A DNA stretch of 64,000 bases from an uncultured Candidatus Binatia bacterium (GTDB taxonomy: Bacteria > Desulfobacterota > Binatia > UBA9968 > CAXXLF01). The number at the start of each line of letters is the position of its first letter. Positions within the stretch are counted from its first letter, which is position 1. The notes beneath the pieces are model-generated. The model had not been told where the DNA came from. It worked only from the letters and a program-made list of their open reading frames with translations, and did no database searches. Location: NCBI GenBank assembly GCA_965218425.1, contig OZ244621.1, positions 224,001 to 288,000 of the forward strand, given 5' to 3'. Shown in pieces: positions 39,378-50,472 of the stretch. The position numbers and the translations under genes were made by a program.

Positions 39378-40539
39378 TCAGGTATCCCGCTCGCTCATGG
39401 GACCCGTCTCGCCGGTGCACCAGGGGATGAACGCCTTCATCCTGCAGGTTGCGCCATGGGTCTTGAGGTCCTTCTCAAAGATCTCATGGATCTCACGGTC
39501 TTCGTCCTCATACTCGATCTGCCCGCCGCCTTCTTTTACGCTTACCTCGGTGGCCAAAATGCGCGGCATCCCTGGGGAATTCAAGCCCATGTCTCCGGTC
39601 CTGAGGGCCAGGTAGCGGGCGCGATTGTTTCCCGTGTTGAAATGCTGGTGGAAGCAGTTGTCGTTAGGAACCGTGACCATGGAACCCAGCTGCCAATCGC
39701 ACTTGATCATGTCGGATCGGTCTTCCTTGGTCCAGACCAGGGAGTAACCGCCGGAACCGCTGAGTATCACCAGGTGCGCTCCGGGACCGTGGCGGTGGGC
39801 TTTCTTGTAAGTGCCCACAGGAAACTCAGAGATATGGCATTTGGTATTATTGTTCGCCAACTCCAGGGCGGCGTGAATTCCTCCGGCGCCCCGATTGTCC
39901 CGCGAATAGAGCAGCATGTCCGGCGCGTTGGCAATGAAGTTGGACTGCCACACCCGGCGTTTGAAGAGCTTGCCGTTGCCGCTGAAGTAGTCGTCTTCGC
40001 CCGAGTAGCGGGAGTCGAACTTGTAATTGGAGCTGAATATGAACTTGTTATCCTTAGAAAAGCCGCATCATGGGCGGCGCGTTGGTCACGGCGATGTAGC
40101 GGACGGGTTCAGTGCCGCTGCCGTTGAAGTTCTGGTATCGGGCATTGAGGGGAATAGCGAAGAGACTACCCGCCTGCCATTCGAAGGTCTGCTTTTGCTC
40201 GTCGTCCTGCCAGATGGTGGTGGCACCGCGGCCCGAGACCACGTAGACCATGGCCTCGTAAATGTGATGTTCCGGCTCGGACTTGCCCCCTGGCTTGATC
40301 TCCACAACGTGACAATCGTTGGGCATGTGCCGGTTGGTAATGTGGATCACCGCGCCACTTCCTCCCTTGCGCTCCCACGGTCCCAGCTCGATCTTCCCAA
40401 GGCTCGGAAAGTAAAACTCCTCGTAGACCTTTACACCCTCTTTTTTAAGCCAATCGTCGTAGGGATCGGCCTGCTTGAATTCTTCGAGGCCTCCCTTGGG
40501 GGTCTCCGCCACTTTCATATCCGTTCCGAGCATTACCAT
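39378..40539 (-). pseudogene. Bicupin protein (gentisate-dioxygenase-like fold), single frameshift at about 40056
   Basis: EHHIYEAMVYVVSG and AHRHGPGAH cupin motifs. An extra T in TTC-T-AAG splits the gene. Confidence 0.85.
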
Positions 40540-40913
40540 GGTTTGATTCCTCCTCCAAAAAATTAAGCAAGAGCAGCGGGAAGAAAGCATAGCGCAAAGA
40601 GACGAGAGAAGAAAGACAGGAGGCAGTGGGCAGCAATTCAGGAACCACCGAAGGACTGCGGATAAGTGAAACGGACGGGTTCGTGCTCGTGTTCGAGGTT
40701 CGTGGCTGGGGAGTAAGGGTGCAAAGCCGGTGGTACTGAGAACTGAGCACAGGGTAAAAGACAAAGAGTATGGCGTTGGGGTAGGGTGTGGGGTTTAGGG
40801 GGAGGAAAAACGGCCGTTGAGTGTTGAGTGTTAAGGGAAGAAAGCAGAGGCGGGGTTTAGGTTGACATTAGAACCGTCAATTGGATACTTTAGTTGCCCA
40901 AACAGAGCGCGCA

Positions 40914-42158
40914 ATGTATCCAGTACAGTTATTTTGCTGGCACTTCATGGCCTATCCCTACCTGCCGTCGGACTTCGATGAGAAATACGAGACGGGATGG
41001 GTCACGGTCCCCAACACCCTGTGGGATTCAGAGCGATCCAGGGGGCTTTACCAAGAATACATTGACCAGCTTGCCTATGCCGATGAGCTGGGTTTTGACG
41101 GCCTGGTGTTGAACGAGCACCACCAGAACATCTACGGCCTGATGGCGTCGCCGAACCTCATTGCCTCCGCCCTCACCCAAAGGACCACCCGCAGCAAAAT
41201 TGTGGTGCTGGGAAACCTCCTGCCCCTTCAACTCAATCCGCTAAGAACGGCAGAGGAATACGCCATGCTCGACAACATGAGCAACGGTCGAATCATCGCC
41301 GGCTTTGCACCAGGCGGAGGTCAGGAGACTTTTAACTACAACGTTCCGTCGGTGGCATCCCGCAGACAGTTTTGGGAAGCCGCAGATCTCATCGTACGCG
41401 CCTGGACCGAAGACGGTCCTTTCACCCATGAAGGAAGATACTATCCGCTGCGCTATGTAAACCCCTGGCCCAAACCCCTGCAAAAGCCTCATCCCCCTAT
41501 CTGGATTCCCGGGTCGCGCAGCGCTTCAACTTTTATAGAAGTGGCCAGGCGCGGCTACAGCTATTTCTTCTCCTCCCGGAGCCATGGAGCAGAGACCGAT
41601 AAGGCCCAGCGACAGTTTTCCAAGGTACTGGAGGACCACGGGGACCGCTACGAGCCGCGGCGAATGGGGATCCTGATGTCGGCTTATGTATCCGAAAGCG
41701 ATGGGCAAGCGCGGGAAGAATGCGAGGAAGGCGTGTGGTATTTTCTCAGAAACTGCCTCAAGGGACACTTGCGACGCGAGGGACGTCAACTGACCGTGGG
41801 ACCGGGGATCCCTTATACCCCGGTGCCGGCATGGAAGGAATACCTCGAGCATTCACAGCCCGGGCGAAAACTCCTTGGGGATGTGGAGAACTGGGACGAG
41901 CTGGACGCCTCCCAGTCCATCATCGTGGGAAGCCCAGAGACAGTTAGGGAACGCATCTGGAATATCATTGAACGCTCCCAGGTGGGCAATCTACTCATCC
42001 AGTTTCATCTCGGGAACATGCCGCCGGAACTGGTCCGAAAAAGCATGCACCTCTTTGCCACCCAAGTGGCCCCTCCGTTGCGGGAGCAGTCCGCAAAGCT
42101 GTTCGAGAAAAACTACCCTACCGCCCAGGAGCCCTCCAGTGGAAAGGCCGTCCGTTGA
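40914..42158 (+). CDS. LLM-class flavin-dependent oxidoreductase
   Basis: ADELGFDG...NEHH, AEEYAMLD and WPKPLQKPHPPIW motifs. Confidence 0.92.
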   Translation: MYPVQLFCWHFMAYPYLPSDFDEKYETGWVTVPNTLWDSERSRGLYQEYIDQLAYADELGFDGLVLNEHHQNIYGLMASPNLIASALTQRTTRSKIVVLGNLLPLQLNPLRTAEEYAMLDNMSNGRIIAGFAPGGGQETFNYNVPSVASRRQFWEAADLIVRAWTEDGPFTHEGRYYPLRYVNPWPKPLQKPHPPIWIPGSRSASTFIEVARRGYSYFFSSRSHGAETDKAQRQFSKVLEDHGDRYEPRRMGILMSAYVSESDGQAREECEEGVWYFLRNCLKGHLRREGRQLTVGPGIPYTPVPAWKEYLEHSQPGRKLLGDVENWDELDASQSIIVGSPETVRERIWNIIERSQVGNLLIQFHLGNMPPELVRKSMHLFATQVAPPLREQSAKLFEKNYPTAQEPSSGKAVR

Positions 42159-42979
42159 GCGGACGCGGCATTCAACTCCGCGGGCGCAAGGTCTGGCTCC
42201 TGGAGGAAGGAAGTGGCCTTCCCCTACTCTACCTCCACGGCTTCGTTGACGTGCATGGTGTCACTGAAAGTTGGATGCCCTTTCACCAGGGACTCTTTCA
42301 AAGCGCCCAGGTAATCGCGCCGGCCCATCCAGGCTGCGCTCAAAGTGACGACAACGGTGAGATAGATTCCATCGAGGACGTGGTCTTTCACTACCTGGAG
42401 GTCATAGACGCGCTGGGGCTCCATCAGTTCCACCTGGCGGGGGCGTGCGTCGGCGGCTGGATTGCGGCGGAGATCGCTGTCCGCCACCCTGAAAAGGTAC
42501 TGACACTCGCGCTGATTGGCGCTACGGGTCTCCTGGTGCCGGGCTCTCCCATCGGCGATATCTTCATGATGTCCCAGCCCGAACGCGGGACGAGCTATGC
42601 TACGCTCAGAGAGATGTTGTTCAGCAGTGCGGACCACCCCCTGGCGTTTGAACTGTTTCCCGACGGCCGCGGCCCCATTGACAGCGAGATCCGCCGCTAC
42701 CAGATGCTCAGGTTCACTTCCCGGTTCGGATTCAAGCCACCCTACCTTTACGATTGGAAGCTGAAAGATCGGCTTCACCGCATCCAGGCACCCTCTCTGA
42801 TCATCTGGGGGGAACGTGACCGCATGGTTCCCCTGGCCCATGGCAACGCGTACGCACAGGACATTCCAATGGCCAAGGGCCCCGAGATTATTAAAGGGGC
42901 AGGACATAGCGTGCATGCGGAAAGGCCCGAGGCAACGGCGGAACTACTGTTAGAATTCCTGAAGACGGAAAAAGCATAG
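42155..42979 (+). CDS. Alpha/beta hydrolase with a Cys nucleophile elbow (GACVGG)
   Basis: YLHG, GACVGG, WGERD and AGH motifs. Overlaps the stop of the LLM gene. Confidence 0.88.
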   Translation: MSGRGIQLRGRKVWLLEEGSGLPLLYLHGFVDVHGVTESWMPFHQGLFQSAQVIAPAHPGCAQSDDNGEIDSIEDVVFHYLEVIDALGLHQFHLAGACVGGWIAAEIAVRHPEKVLTLALIGATGLLVPGSPIGDIFMMSQPERGTSYATLREMLFSSADHPLAFELFPDGRGPIDSEIRRYQMLRFTSRFGFKPPYLYDWKLKDRLHRIQAPSLIIWGERDRMVPLAHGNAYAQDIPMAKGPEIIKGAGHSVHAERPEATAELLLEFLKTEKA

Positions 42980-43126
42980 GACCACAGTTATCAGCCGTCA
43001 GCTATCAGCTAGTTGATGAGGAAGAATAACAATCCCTCCCGCTTAGGGTCAGACCTTGATAACTAAACAATCTGTGTAGTCCTAAAGAATAAACATAACC
43101 GCGGATTACTGTGATAGAGATGAGGA

Positions 43127-43672
43127 TTACGGGTTGAATTTTCGTTTTAACCAGGGTTTGCTCCCATGGCGTCGCTCGATATAAGCTCTGGTAGCCGCAG
43201 CGTCCGGCCTTTGGTAATTTAGGGTGACTCCTGCTCTGTCTGAGATGTCTAGGAGAAAGGTTCCAAGGTCGACGATTTGGCCGGGGACCGGCACAAAATA
43301 GGCTCCTTTGTTTCCCCTAAGGTACATGGTCTCTTCATCCCCGGGAGTCCCTCACTTAAAAATCACCCGACTTAGAAAAGATGCGTTTGGGGGCATATTG
43401 GGAATCACAAAGTAGCCGCCGCGTTGAATAACTGCCGTGATGAGCAGGGTCTGATCTTTATTTTTGATCTCCAGTGCAATGCCGCGACGGACGGTTCCCA
43501 TGGGCATGAGACCGAGCCTGCTCGGGTACTTACTGGTTGTTAACGATAACCCTTCCGATCACAAGAGAACTGTCAGGTCCAATGGGACCGCTCAGTGTAA
43601 CAGCGCAACCGCCAATGAGAAGCGACAGGAAAAAATCGAGGAAAGAAGAACGATTGTTCTAAGTCCCCTCAT
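43127..43672 (-). pseudogene. Degraded putative lipoprotein
   Basis: RBS GGGAGG, MRGLRTIVLL.../LLIGGC lipobox, then several frameshifts and stops through to ...KRKFNP. Confidence 0.5.
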
Positions 43673-43713
43673 TTTTATCCTCCCATGCCTCACATCTGAC
43701 ACAACCATAAGCC

Positions 43714-44502
43714 CTAGCGAACAGAATAACATTTTGCCTCGACAATGCTACTCGGACGAATCTGAAACATCAAACCTCGTACCGTAACAGTCTTGGTGGA
43801 AAGGGGAAATCCGGTCGCCCAAATGGCCTTGGCGACCCAGGTATTACAGGTATTGAATGCGTGGAATCGGCCCTCTGCACCATAGAATCGGCTTTTTCCG
43901 TAAAGACCCTGGCCAAGCTCCATCACATGGTTACTGGACGTACGGCTGAAACTCCCGGCCAAAAAGTCCAACAGTTTTCCATAGCCGGTTTGCGGCACCG
44001 AGACATCCACCACCTGACTCCCCGAAAAGTATTGTCTTGGCGAGACCGGAACCTCAACGATATGAAGCACACTCGATGTGGGGAAAAGCACCGCCCGAAG
44101 GGCCAGGCCATAATTCACCTCTCGCCTCTGGTAGAATCGTCGGTCTCCCCAACCAATCTCCAGAAATTTGACCTTACCAAAATCCGATTCCAGCTGGGGC
44201 ACCCGATTGGTGAGATCCCTGCGGTGAACAACAAGCCCTGTGTGCCATTCATGGCTTACAACATAAAGGGTTCGTGGCGCTTCACACTCCATGGCGTTGG
44301 CCGCCTCGGCCGGCGCGGCCGTAATACCGACAAGGAGAGAAAAAAACATTATGCAAACCGCATTACGCAACGCCGACAGTGCTCGGTAACGAGGCCCGAG
44401 CACTGAGGCATGAAGAAGAATCGAGGATAGACGACAGAGGAGCGAATATTGACGGGGGGAGGACGCTAGGCGCATAGAGCAACGGTATCCATCAGAGTCC
44501 AT
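43714..44502 (-). CDS. DUF2459-like protein
   Basis: HEWHTG, EIGWGDRRFY and FNTCNTW motifs. The real start may be further downstream. Confidence 0.75.
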   Translation of the reverse strand: MDSDGYRCSMRLASSPRQYSLLCRLSSILLHASVLGPRYRALSALRNAVCIMFFSLLVGITAAPAEAANAMECEAPRTLYVVSHEWHTGLVVHRRDLTNRVPQLESDFGKVKFLEIGWGDRRFYQRREVNYGLALRAVLFPTSSVLHIVEVPVSPRQYFSGSQVVDVSVPQTGYGKLLDFLAGSFSRTSSNHVMELGQGLYGKSRFYGAEGRFHAFNTCNTWVAKAIWATGFPLSTKTVTVRGLMFQIRPSSIVEAKCYSVR

Positions 44503-44504
44503 GG

Positions 44505-45248
44505 TTAGCGTAGTGCTCGGTAGATCAGGGCTACACCCACAATGAACAACAAGGCCATCAGCACGCGATTAAAACTCTTCTGGCTAACTCGGTCCTGGGT
44601 CTTGAGGCCTAGGTAAAAACCCACCAGGACAAACAAGGTGACCCCCAGAGACAAAATGAGTCGCGAGGGAGTGAATAGATTCCAGGTGGACACCGCCACC
44701 AGCTGGCTGACCTTGGTGATCATGAAGATGGTGGCAATGGACTTGATAAATTCTCTCTTGGGAAGGTCAAGGCTATAGAGATAGATGGCCAACCCCGGCC
44801 CGGCGGCATTGGTCATCCCGTTTAAAAAGCCACCCACCAAACCCACCACAGGTGAGACTTTAGCTTCCACTGAAGGCGGCATCCGAATGGTAAATTGAAA
44901 GACATTCGATGCAACAAAAAACAGGACCATGATTCCCAGAAACAAGTTGAGCACCCAGATGGGCAGACTCACCAACACCGACGTCCCCAGAAATACTCCC
45001 ACAACGGTCAGGACAAACAACCAACTAAAGCGGCCGAGGACCTCCCGCGGGAGACTCCCCCGAAACATCTACGTAATATCCATGACGATATTCGGAATGA
45101 TGAGGATGACAATGGCGGTCCGGATATCCAGCAGGAGGGTCACCATGGGAGTTGCAATCAATGGGAATCCCATGCCGGTGGTCCCTTTGGTAAAGGCCGC
45201 CAGGAGAAGTGCCGCGGCCACTAGGAGGGTTGTTTCATGGAAAGACAT
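44505..45248 (-). pseudogene. TauE/SafE-family exporter with an in-frame TAG at 45069-45071
   Basis: KGTTGMGFPLIATP...PNIVMDIT*MFRG...GMTNAAGP. Confidence 0.85.
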
Positions 45249-45354
45249 GTTTGCTTAAAAAGGTTATGCCGGATTCGAGGCGAGTTGCAAACACGGCCCA
45301 CAGAGCAAAGAGCATAGCGCAAGGCACGAAGAGACGGGGAGCGCGTAGCATGTT

Positions 45355-46110
45355 CTAGCGGGGAATGGCCTTGCGCAAGGTCTCACGCAGAAAAGTCCTG
45401 ACGTCTTTCCAGTAATAATCCACACCCCAGAAAAGACGATGGCCACCGCCCCGATCATAGCGGATAATGCGCGCCTCTTTTCTATCAACTCGCAAGGCTT
45501 CTTTTAACGGCTGAAAGTCCTCTAAAATTATTTCCTCATCGCTCGCTTCAACCAAAAGCAAGAAGGGATATTTAGAGCACGCACCTGCTCAACGGCATCG
45601 GCAAAATGGCCACGGCCTGGCGCCGGTGCCAAGATCAGCAGGGACCTCAGACCTTTCCGCTTAACACCGACCATCAGTATTAAAAGTCCGCCGCGCGAGA
45701 AACCCATGAGGGCAATCCGTGAGCGATCTACTTCAGGTAACGTCTTTGCGTGATCGATCGCTCGTGAAACCTCTTTTGCGTGTTCTGGAATATTTCTTAT
45801 ACCGGTGCCTCGAATGGGAACGAATGCCAGGAATCCATCCCCGGCAAGGGCATGACAGAACCCATCCAAATCGTAGCCTCGCGCGCTAGCGTTCTGATAA
45901 CCTGTGCGGTCCACAATGAGCCCATGGTTGTATATAACCGCGGGAAAAGGACCATTCCCTTGCGGCCGGCAGACAAGCGCCTTTGATGGGAATCTGAGCG
46001 GTAAAATCCGATTCCAAGGTCACACGAACACTTCGGGAGGAACGATACTTCTTCAGACCAGGCTTGCTGCCGCAATGAACCGAGACGCCGCTCTCTCTCA
46101 GCACGGAGCC
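45355..46110 (-). pseudogene. Dienelactone-hydrolase-like alpha/beta hydrolase with two frameshifts
   Basis: GPFPAVIYNHG, GFSRGG and GGH motifs spread over different frames. Confidence 0.75.
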
Positions 46111-46343
46111 ATACTATTGCTTCATCTTCAGTCACGTCTCATACGGCACAGGCCAATACAAGTCCGGTCCCCTCAACGGCTTTGTTGACCGGTTGTGAAC
46201 AGCCACAAACAAGAAAAACGAACAGAGCAAAGCGCAAATAGTTCAGCATGGACTACGGACCACTGACTACAGGACCACGGAACGGCCGGAGCGCATAGCG
46301 CAAACCGTAGTCAGAGATCAGACCAGAGGAAACAAGTTTACCA

Positions 46344-46469
46344 TTATTTCCAAATCGGTGTCACCCATTCGAGATCGCTCCGCCCGCCGGGGGAAAGAGC
46401 CACCCACGGGCCATGATCACCTACTACTCTGTAGTTGATATTAACGCCGCGGACTTTGGCCCAGGGCAT
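46344..46469 (-). pseudogene. Alpha/beta hydrolase N-terminal stub
   Basis: RBS GAGGAG, then MPWAKVRGVNINYRVVGDHGPWVALSPGGR, then truncated. Confidence 0.6.
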
Positions 46470-46558
46470 GAGTTACTCCTCTAGGAGCAAAGCGTTGTGC
46501 CGCCCTTAACTTCTTCAGTTACGGGCACGAACACGACTTTGCACGATGATCCAACACG

Positions 46559-48847
46559 TTAACCTCCCCTAGACTCCCGCAATGCGCGCAGGACATTTTC
46601 GGGACTCAAAGGCAGTTTTCTAATCCGGACACCCGTGGCGTTGTAAACTGCATTGGCGATGGCCGCCATGGGCGGAACGCTGCCGATCTCGCCGACGCCC
46701 TTGGTGCCATAGGGTCCGGCGCCTGGATAGCCTTCAACGATGACGGGTTCGATCCTTGGCAGCATATTGATGGTGGGCATGAGGTAATCCACAAAGGTGG
46801 GATTCAAAGTCTTTCCCTGGTGGTCCACCACCACCTGCTCGCACAGGGCCTGTCCAAGGCTCATGGCCGTCGCGCCTTCGATCTGCCCCTCCACCGCCTT
46901 GGGGTGAACCACAAAGCCCACATCATGAACCGCCACGTACTTCAAAACTTTGATGCTGCCCGTATCCGTGTCCACTTCCACTAGGGCAGCGTGGGTGGTA
47001 AAGGGCTGCGAGCTGCCGCGTTCCTTTTCCTCCGTCATGGAAGCCTTTGAGTCAAAAAATCCTCTACCAATGACCTCGCCGATTTCGTTGTGGGCCGCAG
47101 TGGCCACGGAGGCGAGGGAAACGGATTTACCGGGTGTGCCCTTGACCCTGATCTGCCGATCTTTGATCTCCAGGTCTTCAGGACTCGCCTCCAGTTTTCC
47201 TGAGGCCATACGCAAAAGCTGATTGCGCGCGTCAATGGCAGCCAATCGAGTGGCATTGCCTGACACCAGCATGGATCGGCTCCCCACTGTTCCGGCGTCC
47301 CACGGCGCGGCATCCGTATCCACGTTCATAACCGTAACACCCTCAGTGGGAATCCCCAGCTCTTCGGCAACCACCATGGGAATACCGAAACGGGCGGCTG
47401 TGCCGTAGTCCACTTTGCCGATGATGACCGTTACCGAACCGTCTTCGTTGACTTTGATAATGGCTCCACCCCCCGGTCCCGCCCCTTCGATCCATGAGCC
47501 GGTGGCAAACCCGATGCCCTGGTTTTTTTCCAAGGTTACTTTTCCCCAACCAATTTTCTCGGCGGCGGTACGAATGGTTTCGCCCAGAGAGACGTCCCGT
47601 AGTTTGGGCACGCCGACAATCTTGTCACCCGGCTTGGGAACGTTCTTGAGACGAAACTCAACCGGGTCCATGCCCAGCTTGTTAGCCAGGGTATCCATGT
47701 GAGACTCCACGGCGAAGGCTGCCTGGGGCCCTCCCGGTCCACGCACCGGCCCGCAGACCTGCTTGTTGGTGTAAACAATGTAGCCGTCACTATGCACGTT
47801 GGGCAACAGATACCAGCCTCCCAACATGTTGGTAGCCCTGGCCCCCGCCATGGCCCCGAACCCTGAGTAGCCGCCTGCGTCATAAATAACTTTCGCCTTT
47901 CGCGCCACCAGAGTACCGTCTTTCATCACCCCGCTCTGAATCCACATCCTGGCTCCGGACCGGATGGACGTGGAAATGGTTTCCTCGGCCTTGTCGAGGA
48001 CCATCATCACCGGCCGATTGGCCTTCATGGCAAGCAAACCGCAGATGGGCTCGATGGCCGCGCCGGAGGTGATCCCGCTTCCCTTCCCGCCAAAACCACC
48101 GCCGATTTCCGTCACCAACACCCTGACGCTATTCAGGGGAAGCCCGAGGGTCTTTGCCACCTCGGTTCGAATGGGAAATGGGGCCTGGGCGTTTACCCAG
48201 ACCGTCAACCGTCCATCCTCTTCCTGCCGCGCGGCTGCCATGCGTGGTTCGAGGTACTGGGGATGGATCATCTTTGTCTCATAGGACTCTTCCACCACCA
48301 GATCCGCTTCAGCCATGGCCTTATCCGGATCGCCAATATGAACCCCCGTGTAGCTAAAAACATTCTTGACCTTAGCGTCTTTCGGCAGGTTGGCAGGCAA
48401 AGGCACATCCTCGTGCAAGGTGGGCGCGGAGGGCTTCATGGCCTCTTCGGGATCCACCACCACGGGTAGAGTCTCGTATTCTACTTTGATCTTTTTGAGC
48501 GCCTGTTTGACCAGAGCTTGGCTCTCGGCAGCAACCGCCGCCACGGGATCACCCATGTAACGGACCCTCTCCTTAGCGAGTATGTATCGGTCCAGGTCGC
48601 TTCGCCCGTATTTGACGTCCGGCGCATCCGCCGCGGTGACCACGGTGTGAACGCCAGACAGGGCTCTGGCCCCGTTGGTATCAATACTCAGGATGCGTGC
48701 GTGGGCATGATGACTTCGAAGTATCCCACCGTGTAAGGCGTTGGGCAGGTCCAGATCGATGCCGTAGATCCCCGCTCCGGTGACCCGTTCTTCGCCGCCC
48801 ATCCGCGGCATATTCGTACCCAAGACGGTATATTCAGGCTTGGCCAT
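46559..48847 (-). CDS. Xanthine dehydrogenase family molybdopterin-binding large subunit
   Basis: IGGGFGGK, VRGPG, TVGSR, GQIEG and KGVGE motifs. Confidence 0.94.
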   Translation of the reverse strand: MAKPEYTVLGTNMPRMGGEERVTGAGIYGIDLDLPNALHGGILRSHHAHARILSIDTNGARALSGVHTVVTAADAPDVKYGRSDLDRYILAKERVRYMGDPVAAVAAESQALVKQALKKIKVEYETLPVVVDPEEAMKPSAPTLHEDVPLPANLPKDAKVKNVFSYTGVHIGDPDKAMAEADLVVEESYETKMIHPQYLEPRMAAARQEEDGRLTVWVNAQAPFPIRTEVAKTLGLPLNSVRVLVTEIGGGFGGKGSGITSGAAIEPICGLLAMKANRPVMMVLDKAEETISTSIRSGARMWIQSGVMKDGTLVARKAKVIYDAGGYSGFGAMAGARATNMLGGWYLLPNVHSDGYIVYTNKQVCGPVRGPGGPQAAFAVESHMDTLANKLGMDPVEFRLKNVPKPGDKIVGVPKLRDVSLGETIRTAAEKIGWGKVTLEKNQGIGFATGSWIEGAGPGGGAIIKVNEDGSVTVIIGKVDYGTAARFGIPMVVAEELGIPTEGVTVMNVDTDAAPWDAGTVGSRSMLVSGNATRLAAIDARNQLLRMASGKLEASPEDLEIKDRQIRVKGTPGKSVSLASVATAAHNEIGEVIGRGFFDSKASMTEEKERGSSQPFTTHAALVEVDTDTGSIKVLKYVAVHDVGFVVHPKAVEGQIEGATAMSLGQALCEQVVVDHQGKTLNPTFVDYLMPTINMLPRIEPVIVEGYPGAGPYGTKGVGEIGSVPPMAAIANAVYNATGVRIRKLPLSPENVLRALRESRGG

Positions 48848-48851
48848 ATTT

Positions 48852-49328
48852 CTAACTCCTTCCTTCCAACTTTTGAGCCGCCACCTCGATAGCATCGACG
48901 ATCTTCGCATAGCCGGTACAGCGGCAGATGTTTCCGGATATTGCCTCTTCGATATTCTCCCGGGTGGGATTCTTCGAACGGTCCAAGAGCGCCTTGACGG
49001 AGATGATAAATCCCGGAGTGCAATAGCCGCATTGAACTGCACCGGTATCGATGAACGCTTGTTGAACCGGATGGAGCTCGTGGTCTTGCGCCAATCCCTC
49101 TACCGTGACGATCTTCGCGCTGGCCGCGTCGGCTCCCAGCACCACGCAAGAATTAACCGGCCTGCCATTGAATAAAATGGTGCAGGCGCCACATTCGCCG
49201 GTGTTGCAACATAGCTTGACCCCTTTGTAACCAAGGGTATCGCGCAAAAAGTCGAGTAGAGACGTGGAAGGCTCCACCGCAGCAGCATGGGTTTTTCCGT
49301 TAACCGTAACGATTACTTCGACACTCAT
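48852..49328 (-). CDS. (2Fe-2S)-binding small subunit
   Basis: C..GECGACT, QCGYCTPG and GNICRCTGY motifs. Confidence 0.95.
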   Translation of the reverse strand: MSVEVIVTVNGKTHAAAVEPSTSLLDFLRDTLGYKGVKLCCNTGECGACTILFNGRPVNSCVVLGADAASAKIVTVEGLAQDHELHPVQQAFIDTGAVQCGYCTPGFIISVKALLDRSKNPTRENIEEAISGNICRCTGYAKIVDAIEVAAQKLEGRS

Positions 49329-50197
49329 CAGGCCACCTCCTTGCCCGTGGCCGCCTTCCAACACTGCGCCAAGCCCCGGCGAGTTAGGGCCTCGACGATC
49401 CAACTTCGATATTCCGCGCTGCTGCGCTGATCGCTAATGGGACTGGCCTCGGCAGCGGCCATCTGAGCTGCTTCCTGCAACAACCCTGGGTTCAAGGACT
49501 GGCCACGCAACAAGGCCTCGGTCCTGGTGGCGCGCATGGGAATCGGTGCCACGGCACCCAGGCCAATTCGTACATCTTGCAATTGAGAGTTCGTCTGATC
49601 CGGTGTGGTCAGGACCGCGACTCCAACCATGGCGATGTCCATGGAACCGCGCACCGCATGTTTTAGATAGACGCTGCGGCTTCCTTCGGCCGGATAGGGG
49701 ATCTCGATTCCCGTTAGCAAACCCGTGGCACCCAGACTCGATTGCCCTGGGCCCCGGAAGAATTGGTGGAAGCCTTCCGTTTTTTCCCCGTTGGAAAATG
49801 CGAGCTTGGCCTTGGCCTCCAGCACCAGGAGAGGTGCCAAGGTCTCACCGGAGGGCGAGGAGCGGCAGATGTTGCCGCCGATGGTGGCTGTGTTGCGAAT
49901 CTGGAGGGATGCAAATTGGTGTGAGGCCTCCCAGAGGAGGGCCAATCGCTCGCGCACCATGGGGTTCACCTCAATCTCACGGATGGTCACCAGGGGCCCG
50001 ATATGTAGAGCGGCACCATTCTCCTGGATATCGTTCAGACCGGGAATCCGTTTGATATTGACCAGGAAGCCCGGCTCGTCTTTAAACTTCATGTCCACCA
50101 TGACATCGGTGCCGCCGGCGATAACTTTGGCTTTATCTCCAAACTTATCCAGCAGGGCAAGTGCCTCGCCGATGGTTTTGGGTTCAAAATATTCCAT
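49328..50197 (-). CDS. FAD-binding medium subunit
   Basis: AGGTD and QIRNTATIGGN motifs. Confidence 0.95.
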   Translation of the reverse strand: MEYFEPKTIGEALALLDKFGDKAKVIAGGTDVMVDMKFKDEPGFLVNIKRIPGLNDIQENGAALHIGPLVTIREIEVNPMVRERLALLWEASHQFASLQIRNTATIGGNICRSSPSGETLAPLLVLEAKAKLAFSNGEKTEGFHQFFRGPGQSSLGATGLLTGIEIPYPAEGSRSVYLKHAVRGSMDIAMVGVAVLTTPDQTNSQLQDVRIGLGAVAPIPMRATRTEALLRGQSLNPGLLQEAAQMAAAEASPISDQRSSAEYRSWIVEALTRRGLAQCWKAATGKEVA

Positions 50198-50472
50198 GAT
50201 TCTTCTCCCTGAAAATTCTTACATCTTAGATCTTTATGAATTACTTAACCGCAGATCTACACAGATGAAAAATGCAAAGAGCATGGCGTACGGATCTCCG
50301 TTTCGGCCCTTTTTCGATTTTTCAACGTGCAATCCTCTATTCTTATCGCCACCACCCAGTTCTCAGTACTCATTACTCAGCACTGATTTGTCGCCTGCTG
50401 CCCATTGCTAACTGTCTTTCTGGCTTATCGCTCTGCTCCCTGCGCTTTGACATTCCCCAGTGGGCACCATTA

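Noticed and set aside
2817..45071. Amber recoding or pyrrolysine suggested by three in-frame TAG codons
   Set aside because: TAG is the normal stop of many intact genes here (for example 17194, 25927, 31871), and in-frame TGA lesions also occur, so mutation is the simpler explanation.
46559..50197. Aerobic CO dehydrogenase (coxMSL order)
   Set aside because: The large subunit has PVRGPG, not AYxCSFR or AYxGAGR.
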